A program made the position numbers and the translations under genes. The notes beneath the pieces were generated by a model. It searched no databases. It was not told the origin of the DNA and saw nothing but the letters and a program-made list of their open reading frames with translations. From the IMG/VR virus record IMGVR_UViG_3300032373_001137, positions 1-25,572 of that record: a stretch of 25,572 nt of DNA; one strand, 5' to 3'. Position 1 is the stretch's first letter, and the number at the start of each line of letters is the position of its first letter. Below, piece after piece: positions 17,028 to 25,221 of the stretch. This DNA comes from a virus. Lineage: Duplodnaviria > Caudoviricetes.

Positions 17028-18281
17028 ATGACCCTGAGCTTTGCCCCGGACGCGATCGAGATGTGGCCGCTGTCCAGGCTCCAGCCCTACACGAAGAACG
17101 CGAAGGCGCATGGCGCGGACCAGGTCGCGAAGATCGCTGCCAGCATGGCGGAGTTCGGCTGGACCGTGCCCTGCCTGGTCGCGGACGACGGCGAATTGAT
17201 CGCGGGCCATGGCCGGGTGCTGGCCGCCACGCAACTGGGGCTGACCGAGGCTCCGGTGATCGTGCTGGGCCATCTGACCGAGGCGCAACGACGGGCTTAC
17301 CGGATCGCAGACAACAAGCTGACGGAACTCGGGAGCTGGGATGAGGCTCTGCTCACGGCCGAACTCAACGACCTCCTGGCCGAAGACTACGATCTGTCGC
17401 TGATCGGTTTCGACGATGCCGAACTCGAAGCGCTGTTGGCTGGCGAGGTCGATGCTGAAACTGCCACCCGAGAGGGCGAGGACGAGGTTCCGGAGGCCCC
17501 CGAGACCCCGATCAGCCGTCCCGGCGATCTCTGGGTGCTCGGCAAGCATCGGTTGCTCTGCGGGGACGCGACGGTGGTAACAGACGTCGAGCGTCTGCTC
17601 GGCGATGTGACACCGCTGCTGATGGTGACCGATCCACCCTACGGCGTCGAATACGATCCCGGCTGGCGCAACAAAGCTGGCGCCGCAGCCACCAAGCGCA
17701 CCGGCAGGGTGCTGAATGACGACCGCGCGGATTGGCGCGAGGCCTGGGCGCTTTTCCCGGGAGACGTTGCCTATGTCTGGCACGGTGCGCTGCACGCGAC
17801 GACGGTTACCGACAGCCTTGAGGCCTCCGGCTTCAACATCCGGTCCCAGATCATTTGGGCCAAGGACCGGCTGGTTCTGAGCCGCAGCGATTATCACTGG
17901 CAGCACGAGCCCTGCCTCTATGCCGTGAAGAAGACCGGCAAGGGCCACTGGGCGGGCGACCGCAAACAGACAACGCTCTGGCAGATCACGAACAAGAATC
18001 AGGACGCGGAAACCGTGCACGGGACGCAGAAGCCTGTCGAATGCATGCGGCGGCCGATCCTGAACAATTCCAGCCCCGGTCAGGCGGTCTACGAGCCCTT
18101 CATGGGATCCGGCACCACCCTGATCGCGGCCGAAACCACGGGCCGGGTCTGCCTCGGGATCGAACTGAACCCGGCCTATGTCGATGTCGCCGTGGAGCGG
18201 TGGCAGCAGTTTACTGGCCAGGCGGCTGTGCTGGACGGAACCGGTCAGACCTTCGCCGATTTCACGGCCAACCCACGCTGA
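17028..18281 (+). CDS. ParB-N domain fused to an N6-A/N4-C DNA methyltransferase
   Basis: ParB-like IAASMAEFGW...LIAGHGR...YRIADNKL. Methylase motifs HRLLCGD, VTDPPYG, HGTQKP, YEPFMGSGTT, GIELNPAY. Confidence 0.92.
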   Translation: MTLSFAPDAIEMWPLSRLQPYTKNAKAHGADQVAKIAASMAEFGWTVPCLVADDGELIAGHGRVLAATQLGLTEAPVIVLGHLTEAQRRAYRIADNKLTELGSWDEALLTAELNDLLAEDYDLSLIGFDDAELEALLAGEVDAETATREGEDEVPEAPETPISRPGDLWVLGKHRLLCGDATVVTDVERLLGDVTPLLMVTDPPYGVEYDPGWRNKAGAAATKRTGRVLNDDRADWREAWALFPGDVAYVWHGALHATTVTDSLEASGFNIRSQIIWAKDRLVLSRSDYHWQHEPCLYAVKKTGKGHWAGDRKQTTLWQITNKNQDAETVHGTQKPVECMRRPILNNSSPGQAVYEPFMGSGTTLIAAETTGRVCLGIELNPAYVDVAVERWQQFTGQAAVLDGTGQTFADFTANPR

Positions 18282-18285
18282 GGCG

Positions 18286-19461
18286 ATGCATGACCTGGCT
18301 TTACCTTCCTCCGGCCGCGTTTCCGGAGCCGCAGACCTGTTTGGCCTCTCGCTCTGCTCCGGTGCCGGAGGTATCGACCTCGGGCTCACCATCGCCATGC
18401 CCGGATATCGAACTGTGGGCCATGTCGAACGGGAAACCTACGCCGCGGCCATTCTCGTGGCACGGATGGAAGAGGCGGCCCTGGATCCAGCGCCTGTCTG
18501 GGACGACGTTGCCAGCTTCGACGGCCGCCCATGGCGCGGAGCGGTGGACATCATCACTGCGGGCTATCCGTGCCAGCCGTTCTCCGTCGCGGGCAAACGC
18601 CGGGGCGCGGACGACCCGCGCCACCTTTGGCCGCATGTCGCTCGCATCGTCGGCGAAGTCCAGCCGCCCTTCGTCTTCCTCGAAAACGTCGCCCATCATC
18701 TCCGCCTCGGATTTCCCGAAGTCGCCGGAGGGCTGGTCGGCATGGGCTACCGCCTTGCGGCAGGCCTCTTCACGGCGGCGGAAGTCGGCGCGCCTCACAA
18801 GCGTGAGCGGCTGTTCATCCTTGCCCATCGGGAAGGCCACCACCTGGCCGACCCCGCGCGCCTGCTCCGGGACCCGGTCGGGCGGTGGGAACCGGACGGA
18901 GATGCTGCGGCTCTGGCCCACGCCACGGGCGAGCGCCAACGAGAACCGGCAGACGAAACCGACGCCCTCCCAGGAAGCGGGCAAGCACGGGATGAACCTG
19001 GCGACCTCGGCCGCGATGTGGCCGACGCCGCAGACCGACAGCTTTCGCAGCCGGGGCGGCGCCCGGAAACACGAGAAGGGTCTCGATGGCATGGCCCGGG
19101 ACTGGCCGACGCCGATGGCGACGGACGGGAACAAGCCGAGCGCGGGCAATCGCAAGTCGGCCGACCTGACCAGCGCCAGTCAGATGTGGATGACGCCGAC
19201 GGCGCGCGATCACAAGGATGGGGCAACGAGCTTGGCGAACACCCCGGTGAACGGCCTGCTTGGCCGCCAGGTCCTGGCGACGCCGACGGCTGGGAGCGAT
19301 ATCTCCGAGCCGCGCCGGACCTTGAACCCGCTGTTCGTCGAGGCGCTGATGGGCTGGCCCACCGGGTGGACCGGCTTCGGCTCTGTGGCAACGGCGTGGT
19401 CCCCTTGGTTGCCGCGCATGCGCTGCGAACTCTCGCAGCTCAACTGCTGGCCGATGGATGA
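18286..19461 (+). CDS. C5-cytosine DNA methyltransferase, catalytic ('alpha') polypeptide lacking motif IX
   Basis: Motif I LSLCSGAGGID, IV GYPCQPFS, VI FLENV, VIII HKRERLF and X RLRLCGNGVVP. ATG 18286. Confidence 0.88.
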   Translation: MHDLALPSSGRVSGAADLFGLSLCSGAGGIDLGLTIAMPGYRTVGHVERETYAAAILVARMEEAALDPAPVWDDVASFDGRPWRGAVDIITAGYPCQPFSVAGKRRGADDPRHLWPHVARIVGEVQPPFVFLENVAHHLRLGFPEVAGGLVGMGYRLAAGLFTAAEVGAPHKRERLFILAHREGHHLADPARLLRDPVGRWEPDGDAAALAHATGERQREPADETDALPGSGQARDEPGDLGRDVADAADRQLSQPGRRPETREGSRWHGPGLADADGDGREQAERGQSQVGRPDQRQSDVDDADGARSQGWGNELGEHPGERPAWPPGPGDADGWERYLRAAPDLEPAVRRGADGLAHRVDRLRLCGNGVVPLVAAHALRTLAAQLLADG

Positions 19462-19474
19462 GGCGACCGGATGA
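18290..19474 (+). CDS. Overlapping +1-frame polypeptide ('beta') with WPTP repeats and C5-MTase motif IX
   Basis: Open for 394 codons from ATG 18290. W(P/M)TP repeats, RTLNPLFVEALMGWPTGWT motif IX-like segment, and a stop that overlaps the next gene's ATG (ATGA 19471-19474). The true start could be internal. Confidence 0.65.
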   Translation: MTWLYLPPAAFPEPQTCLASRSAPVPEVSTSGSPSPCPDIELWAMSNGKPTPRPFSWHGWKRRPWIQRLSGTTLPASTAAHGAERWTSSLRAIRASRSPSRANAGARTTRATFGRMSLASSAKSSRPSSSSKTSPIISASDFPKSPEGWSAWATALRQASSRRRKSARLTSVSGCSSLPIGKATTWPTPRACSGTRSGGGNRTEMLRLWPTPRASANENRQTKPTPSQEAGKHGMNLATSAAMWPTPQTDSFRSRGGARKHEKGLDGMARDWPTPMATDGNKPSAGNRKSADLTSASQMWMTPTARDHKDGATSLANTPVNGLLGRQVLATPTAGSDISEPRRTLNPLFVEALMGWPTGWTGFGSVATAWSPWLPRMRCELSQLNCWPMDEATG

Positions 19475-19695
19475 AGCAGTCGCGCCTCATGTCTCTTGTC
19501 GAGTCCGTCGCCAATGTATTTGTCGGCTACGGCGTCGCGGTCGTAACGCAGATCCTGATCTTCCCAATCTTCGGGTTGCACACGACGCTGGCGCAGAACC
19601 TGAAAATGGGCGCGATCTTCACCGTTGTGAGCATCGCCCGATCCTTCGCCCTGCGGCGGGTATTCGAGGCGATCCGAATGCGAAGCGCCAAGTGA
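19471..19695 (+). CDS. Small two-TM membrane protein common in prophage methylase regions
   Basis: MKQSRLMSLVESVANVFVGYGVAVVTQILIFP...FTVVSIARSFALRRVFE, with two hydrophobic segments. Confidence 0.8.
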   Translation: MKQSRLMSLVESVANVFVGYGVAVVTQILIFPIFGLHTTLAQNLKMGAIFTVVSIARSFALRRVFEAIRMRSAK

Positions 19696-19699
19696 GAAA

Positions 19700-19726
19700 C
19701 CGCCGCCCTAACTGGGGCGACGGCGA
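19700..19726. terminator. Possible hairpin between convergent genes
   Basis: Imperfect GC stem (CGCCC-TAACTG-GGGCG core) in the 54-nt gap between convergent stops. No clear U-tract. Confidence 0.3.
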
Positions 19727-19749
19727 TAAGTTCAACGGGCTCGGATGCC

Positions 19750-20271
19750 TCAGGCGGCTGGCAGTTTGTACACGCGGCCCCGATCCTCGACCTTCTCCGA
19801 GGTGACTTCCAACCCGAGCTTTTTCTTGAGCGCACCGGACATAGCGCCGCGCACTGTATGTGACTGCCATCCGGTCGCGGTCATGATTTCCGCGATGGTT
19901 GCGCCACCCGGCGCGCGCAACATAGCGATGAGGGTGGCTTGCTTGGTGCCCTCGCGCGGCGCACGGGTCTTGGGTGCCGCGTCCTCGGTCGGTTTGACCT
20001 CCGCGCTGTCAGGCTCGATGCCGATGGCGGCGAGGCCTGCGTCGGTCGCGACCAGCGTGACGCCGTGACCGTCACCGGTCTCGCGCCAGATGGGCTCGCC
20101 GTTGCTCGTGTCGGCGTCGACCTCTTCGAGGAAGCCTTTGGCAAGCATCGCGCCGATCACCTTTGCGGCGGCCCCGCCGCGCAGGCTGTCAGGAAGCGGC
20201 AAGGCGATCTGGCCGTCGCGTTGAGATGCGGCGCTGAGAATGATGGCTTGGGTGTCGGTGAGTTTGGTCAT
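19750..20271 (-). CDS. DUF3489-domain protein
   Basis: MTKLTDTQAIILSAA N-terminus. C-terminal REGTKQATLIAMLRAPGGATIAEIMTATGWQSHTVRGAMSGALKKKLGL...RVYKL. Confidence 0.88.
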   Translation of the reverse strand: MTKLTDTQAIILSAASQRDGQIALPLPDSLRGGAAAKVIGAMLAKGFLEEVDADTSNGEPIWRETGDGHGVTLVATDAGLAAIGIEPDSAEVKPTEDAAPKTRAPREGTKQATLIAMLRAPGGATIAEIMTATGWQSHTVRGAMSGALKKKLGLEVTSEKVEDRGRVYKLPAA

Positions 20272-20361
20272 CTGTGCCTCCGTGGCTCAGCCGCGCGGAA
20301 TGCGTGGCTTCTACCGAGGCGAGCCCGCCGCTTGGGCGGGCCGGGACCGGCGCGCGATGGC

Positions 20362-20559
20362 TCAGTCGTCGCGCGCGATCAGGGCGATGAGGACGGCCGC
20401 CATGCCGCCGAGATATTCGCTGCGGCGAAACACGATCTCGTCGATCTCGCTCGCGGTGTTGATGGTCGGGTCGACCTGCAGGTCGTTGCCCATGTGTGGC
20501 ATCAGGCGGTTGACCTCGCGGTTGTAACGCTCTGCAAGGGTGCTGGTCATCGGGCTCAC
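20362..20559 (-). CDS. Small hypothetical protein
   Basis: TLAERYNREVNRLMPHM...IDEIVFRRSEYLGGMA. GTG 20559 overlaps the upstream stop; alternative ATG 20550. Confidence 0.65.
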   Translation of the reverse strand: MSPMTSTLAERYNREVNRLMPHMGNDLQVDPTINTASEIDEIVFRRSEYLGGMAAVLIALIARDD

Positions 20560-20825
20560 TCCGCGTATTCGCCTTCGCCAAAGGCGCTGTCCGTGATGCG
20601 TTTCAAGAGGCTGGCGTAGTGCTCGAGGCTGCCAACTGTGGCCCAGCCGATCTCGTCGGGATGGCAGTTGAAATGGTCGTCGCTGAGGCCCTGCAACCGG
20701 ACGAGCATCTCGTCGATCTCGGCCTTCTTGCCGATGAAGGCGTTCACAGCCGCCTCCTTGTTGCGACGCGCTTTCTTGGCGCGAAGTTCGTGGCGGGGCG
20801 TTGTCTGCGGGTTAAGGCGGGTCAT
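20556..20825 (-). CDS. Conserved hypothetical prophage protein
   Basis: AFIGKKAEIDEMLVRLQGLSDDHFN.HPDEI.W..VG.L..YA..LKRITD.AF.EGEYAE, a recurrent ORF type upstream of DUF3489. Confidence 0.75.
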   Translation of the reverse strand: MTRLNPQTTPRHELRAKKARRNKEAAVNAFIGKKAEIDEMLVRLQGLSDDHFNCHPDEIGWATVGSLEHYASLLKRITDSAFGEGEYAE

Positions 20826-20936
20826 CGTGGCGGTTCCGTGTTGAGTTGCATCGTTTTCGCAGGACCACGTTCGCTCTGGTGCGGAGGCTTATCAACTACA
20901 TAAGCACATGATTTTGAATGATAATCGGAGCGTGCA

Positions 20937-21497
20937 ATGGAGGGTCTGAGCGAGCGCCAGTATGCCGCCCGCGTCGGCCTGTCGCGCGGGGCAATCCAGA
21001 AGGCAAAAGCGACGGGGCGGCTGGTGCTGCACGGCGATGGCAGCATCGACGCAGAGGCCAGCGATACGTTGCGCGCGCAGGCGACCGATCCGTCGAAGAC
21101 CCGCAAGGCACCGAAGCCGAAGCTCAAACCCGTCCCTGAGGCCGCGGTCTCAGCTGTCGGCGAAACTCTGCGCGAACAGGGAATGGCGGCCCCGCCGATG
21201 GGCAGCGGGACCACCTTCCTGCAGGCCAAGACGGCCAACGAGGTTCTGAAGGCGCAGGAACGCCGCCTGCGGCTGCAAAAACTGAAAGGCGAGTTGATCG
21301 ACCGCGCCCGCGCGCTGTCCCTGGTGTTTCGGTTGGCGCGGCAGGAACGGGATGTCTGGGTCAACTGGCCCGCACGCGCGGCGGCTTTGATGGCGGCTGA
21401 TCTGGGCGTCGAGCCCGCCGCGATGCAGAAGGTTCTGGAGAAACATGTCCGTGCCCAGCTCGACGATCTTGCCGAGGTCCAAGCCGATCTCCGGTGA
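20937..21497 (+). CDS. Probable terminase small subunit (Nu1-like, N-terminal HTH)
   Basis: MEGLSERQYAARVGLSRGAIQKA HTH and coiled coil LKAQERRLRLQKLKGELIDR. Directly precedes terL; GGAG Shine-Dalgarno. Confidence 0.78.
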   Translation: MEGLSERQYAARVGLSRGAIQKAKATGRLVLHGDGSIDAEASDTLRAQATDPSKTRKAPKPKLKPVPEAAVSAVGETLREQGMAAPPMGSGTTFLQAKTANEVLKAQERRLRLQKLKGELIDRARALSLVFRLARQERDVWVNWPARAAALMAADLGVEPAAMQKVLEKHVRAQLDDLAEVQADLR

Positions 21498-23436
21498 GGA
21501 TGACTTCGATGGCGCGGCCGAAATCCTGCGTGCCTGGAGTGAAGGCCTCACGCCGGATCCGGACCTGACGGTTTCGCAATGGGCGGACCGGCACCGGATG
21601 CTCTCAGGACGGGCATCGGCCGAGCCGGGGCGGTATCGCACCGCCCGCACGCCCTACATGGGCGAGATCATGGACCGGCTCTCGCCCGGCGATCCGACAC
21701 AGCGGATTGTGTTCATGAAGGCCGCGCAGGTCGGTGCGACCGAGGCGGGCAACAACTGGATCGGCTTTGCAATCCACCAGGCGCCGGGCCCAATGCTCGC
21801 GGTCCAGCCGACGGTGGAACTGGCGAAACGGAACTCGCGACAGCGGATCGATCCGCTGATCGACGAGAGCCCGGAGCTGCGCGAGCGGGTGAAGCCCGCG
21901 CGGTCCCGCGACGCGGGCAATACGATGTTGTCCAAGGAATTCGCGGGCGGCATCCTGATCATGACCGGGGCGAACTCGGCGGTCGGGCTGCGCTCGACGC
22001 CCGCGCGCTACATCTTCCTCGACGAGGTCGATGCCTATCCGGCCTCCGCCGATGAGGAAGGCGATCCGGTCACGCTTGCCGAAGCCCGTTCGCTGACCTT
22101 CGCCCACCGGCGCAAGGTGTTCCTGGTTTCGACGCCGACCATTCGGGGGATGAGCCGGATCGAACGGGACTATGAGGCCAGCGACCAACGCCGGTACTTC
22201 GTGCCCTGTCCGCATTGCGGCGCGATGCAGTGGCTGAAATTCGAACGGCTGCGCTGGGAAAAGGGACAGCCGGAGACGGCGGAATATCACTGCGAAGGCT
22301 GCGAGACGCCCATCGCCGAACACCACAAGACGGCGATGCTGGAGGCTGGCGAATGGCGGGCGACCGCTACGGCAGCGGATCCCAATACGGTCGGCTACCA
22401 CCTTTCGGCGCTCTATTCGCCGATCGGTTGGTTAAGCTGGGAACGGATTGTGCGGGCTTGGGGCGCCGCCCAAGGATCGGACGAGGCGATCAAGGCGTTT
22501 CGCAACACGATCCTCGGCGAGACCTGGGTGGAGACTGGCGAAGCGCCGGACTGGCAGCGGCTTTATGACCAGCGCGAACGCTGGAAACCGGGCAATGTCC
22601 CCGCAGGCGGGTTATTCCTGACCGCCGGGGCAGACGTGCAGAAGGATCGGATCGAGGTCGATATCTGGGCCTGGGGCCGTGGGCTGGAAAGCTGGCTCGT
22701 CGATCACATCGTGATCGAAGGCGGGCCCGACCGTCATGAGGCTTGGGACGAACTCACGGAACTGCTGGGTCGAACGTGGCCGCATGAGCGCGGCGCACAT
22801 CTGAAGATCGCGCGGCTCGCGATCGACACCGGCTATGAGGCCCCGGCGGTCTATGGCTGGTCGCGGGCTCAAGGTTTTGCGCAAGTTTCGCCAGTAAAGG
22901 GCGTGGAGGGGTTCAACCGGGCGAGCCCGGTGTCGGGCCCTACCTATGTGGATGCAACCGAGGGTGGCAAACGTCTGCGCCGGGGCGCACGGCTCTGGAC
23001 CGTGGCGGTGTCGACCTTCAAGGCCGAGACCTATCGCTTCCTGAGGCTCGAACGGCCGACCGAGGAGGACATGGCCAATGGGGCGGCGTTCTCACCCGGC
23101 ACGGTGCACCTGCCGCACTGGGTCGAGAATGAATGGCTGAAGCAATTCGTGGCCGAGCAGCTGGTCACGGTACGTACGAAGCGCGGCTTTGCCCGGCTGG
23201 AATGGCAGAAGCTGCGCGAGCGTAACGAGGCACTGGACTGCCGGGTCTATGCCCGGGCCGCCGCCTGGATCGCGGGGGCGGATCGCTGGACCGATGAGAA
23301 ATGGCGCGACCTCGAGGATCAACTCGGGGTCGCCGACGCCTCTGCGGATCCAGCAGGGCAGATCAACAGGCAGGCGCAGACGTCGCAAGGCAAACGCCAA
23401 TCCGACTGGCTCGGACGGCGTGGGGGATGGTTTTGA
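21445..23436 (+). CDS. terL: Phage terminase large subunit, lambda GpA family
   Basis: TVSQWAD, RTPY, Walker A KAAQVGAT, Walker B IFLDEVD, VSTPT, CPHC/CEGC, nuclease TAGADVQKDR, AIDTG and RNEALDC. Start uncertain. Confidence 0.95.
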   Translation: MSVPSSTILPRSKPISGEDDFDGAAEILRAWSEGLTPDPDLTVSQWADRHRMLSGRASAEPGRYRTARTPYMGEIMDRLSPGDPTQRIVFMKAAQVGATEAGNNWIGFAIHQAPGPMLAVQPTVELAKRNSRQRIDPLIDESPELRERVKPARSRDAGNTMLSKEFAGGILIMTGANSAVGLRSTPARYIFLDEVDAYPASADEEGDPVTLAEARSLTFAHRRKVFLVSTPTIRGMSRIERDYEASDQRRYFVPCPHCGAMQWLKFERLRWEKGQPETAEYHCEGCETPIAEHHKTAMLEAGEWRATATAADPNTVGYHLSALYSPIGWLSWERIVRAWGAAQGSDEAIKAFRNTILGETWVETGEAPDWQRLYDQRERWKPGNVPAGGLFLTAGADVQKDRIEVDIWAWGRGLESWLVDHIVIEGGPDRHEAWDELTELLGRTWPHERGAHLKIARLAIDTGYEAPAVYGWSRAQGFAQVSPVKGVEGFNRASPVSGPTYVDATEGGKRLRRGARLWTVAVSTFKAETYRFLRLERPTEEDMANGAAFSPGTVHLPHWVENEWLKQFVAEQLVTVRTKRGFARLEWQKLRERNEALDCRVYARAAAWIAGADRWTDEKWRDLEDQLGVADASADPAGQINRQAQTSQGKRQSDWLGRRGGWF

Positions 23437-23645
23437 TGACCGATTGGACGGAAACCGAGCTGTCGGCGCTGCGCCGGGCCTATGCCAGCGGCACGACCCG
23501 AGTAAGCTATGATGGCAAATCCGTGGACTACGGGTCGGCCGAAGATCTGCTGGCCCGTATTCGCACCATCGAGCGCGCCGTTGGGGGCACCACGCGGCCG
23601 TTGCCGATCGCCGGACTGGCTGGCTTCTCGCGTGGGGACCGGTGA
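23436..23645 (+). CDS. gpW-like head-tail joining protein
   Basis: ELSALRRAYASGTTRVSYDGKSVDYGS; 69 aa, located between terL and portal as in lambda. TGATG overlaps. Confidence 0.85.
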   Translation: MTDWTETELSALRRAYASGTTRVSYDGKSVDYGSAEDLLARIRTIERAVGGTTRPLPIAGLAGFSRGDR

Positions 23646-25216
23646 TGTCAGCGAACTGGTTTGACCTTGCGATTGCCTCGGTGGCACCGCGCACGGCGGC
23701 TCGCCGCGTGCTGGCCCGGCAGGCGTTTGAGACGCTGACGCGCGGATATGATGGCGCGGCCAAAGGGCGGCGGACCGAAGGCTGGCGCGCGCCGGGCACC
23801 TCCGCCGACACCGAGGTCGGCGTTGCCGGGGGGCTGCTGCGCGACCGGATGCGCGATCTGGTGCGGAACAATCCGCATGCGGCGAAAGCCGTGGCGGTGC
23901 TGGTCAACAACATTGTCGGCGCGGGCATCATGCCGCGCGCCGCCAGCGGCAACGACAAACTGGATCGAAAGGTCGATGCGCTCTTCGCGCGGTGGTCGGA
24001 TGCCGCCGATGCCGACGGCCAGCTCGACTTCTACGGGCTACAGACGCTGATCTGCCGCGAGATGGTTGAGGCGGGCGAGGTGCTGGTGCGCCGCCGCCTG
24101 CGGCGATCCTCGGACGGTCTGCCCGTCCCGCTGCAATTACAGGTGCTGGAGGCCGACTTCCTCGACGCCACGAAATCCGGCGTCCTCGGCGCGGGCCGCT
24201 TCTTGCAGGGGATCGAGTTCGACCCGGTCGGCAAGCGTCGGGCCTACTGGCTCCATGCAGAACATCCGGGAGACGCCTACGGCGCCTTGCAGAACGGTCT
24301 GCAGAGCCGCCCGGTCCCGGCGACCGAGATCGCCCATGTCTACGAGAAGCAGCGCACGCAGGCGCGCGGGGTTCCCTGGGGCGCGCCGGTGATCCGGTCC
24401 TTGCGCGATCTCGACGACTACGAGGTGGCCGAGCTGGTCCGGAAGAAGACCGAGGCCTGCGTCACCGCCATTGTCTTCGGCGATGATGAGGCGCAGCAGG
24501 GTATCGCGCCATCGGTGGTCGACGCCGACGGCAACCGGGTCGAGCAGTTCGAACCGGGGCTGATCGCCTATGCGCGCGGTGGCAAGGACATCCGGTTCAA
24601 CCAGCCGTCGGCCACCGGCGGCTATGCCGAGTACAAACGGGCCAGCCTGCACACGATCTCGGCCGGGTTCCGGGTGCCCTACGAGCTGCTGACCGGCGAC
24701 CTCAGTCAGGTGAATTATTCTTCGATCCGGGCGGGCCTCGTCGAGTTCCGCCGCCAGATCGACGCCGTGCAGTGGCAGCTGTTCATCCCGATGTTCTGCG
24801 CGCCGGTCTGGCGCTGGTTCACGGAATCCGCGTGGGCGGCGGGCCAGATCCCGACGCCGGACGTGCCGGTCGAATGGTCGCCGCCGAAATTCGAGGCAGT
24901 TGATCCACAGAAGGACGCGATGGCCAACCTGCTGTCGATCCGCTCCGGCACCATGACGCTGGCCGAGGTGATCGCGCGGCAGGGCCGCAACCCCGACGCC
25001 GTGCTGGCTGAAATCGCAGCCACGAATGCCAAGCTCGACGACCTTGGGCTGGTGCTGGACAGCGATCCGCGCCGCGTCACCAAGACGGGTAGCGCGCAAT
25101 CCAATGACGGGGCCAGCGATCCGTCGAACGAACCGGCCGACGACGAGCCCGCCGCCGACACGGACACCGACACGGACACCGACCCGGCGCAGGCCGAGCC
25201 CGACCAACAGGACTGA
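23642..25216 (+). CDS. Phage portal protein, lambda family
   Basis: YDGAAKGRR, LRDRMRDLVRNNP, QARGVPW, LLTGDLSQVNYSSIRAGL, VDPQKD. Start GTG 23642 or ATG 23645. Confidence 0.95.
   Translation: MMSANWFDLAIASVAPRTAARRVLARQAFETLTRGYDGAAKGRRTEGWRAPGTSADTEVGVAGGLLRDRMRDLVRNNPHAAKAVAVLVNNIVGAGIMPRAASGNDKLDRKVDALFARWSDAADADGQLDFYGLQTLICREMVEAGEVLVRRRLRRSSDGLPVPLQLQVLEADFLDATKSGVLGAGRFLQGIEFDPVGKRRAYWLHAEHPGDAYGALQNGLQSRPVPATEIAHVYEKQRTQARGVPWGAPVIRSLRDLDDYEVAELVRKKTEACVTAIVFGDDEAQQGIAPSVVDADGNRVEQFEPGLIAYARGGKDIRFNQPSATGGYAEYKRASLHTISAGFRVPYELLTGDLSQVNYSSIRAGLVEFRRQIDAVQWQLFIPMFCAPVWRWFTESAWAAGQIPTPDVPVEWSPPKFEAVDPQKDAMANLLSIRSGTMTLAEVIARQGRNPDAVLAEIAATNAKLDDLGLVLDSDPRRVTKTGSAQSNDGASDPSNEPADDEPAADTDTDTDTDPAQAEPDQQD
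25157..25183 (+). repeat. Short tandem repeat (GACACGGACACC)x2 encoding DTDTDTDTD in the portal tail
   Basis: Directly visible 12-bp duplication. Confidence 0.7.
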
Positions 25217-25221
25217 CCAAT

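Noticed and set aside
17855-18289. 5' extension of the 539-aa ORF overlapping the adenine methylase
   Set aside because: Reads as off-frame sequence. Only the part from ATG 18290 onward has supporting features.
16881-18398. 505-aa minus-strand ORF
   Set aside because: Antisense shadow of the ParB-methylase gene.
18845-19290. Periodic TGGCCGACGCC repeats as a CRISPR array or DGR-type repeat
   Set aside because: Repeats are short, degenerate at third positions and in-frame coding (WPTP). No cas or reverse transcriptase gene is present.
25157-25183. DT tandem repeat as a phase-variation tract
   Set aside because: The unit is a multiple of 3 and lies in the acidic, probably disordered portal tail, so a change in copy number would not shift the frame.
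24137-25207. 356-aa minus-strand ORF
   Set aside because: Antisense shadow of the portal gene.
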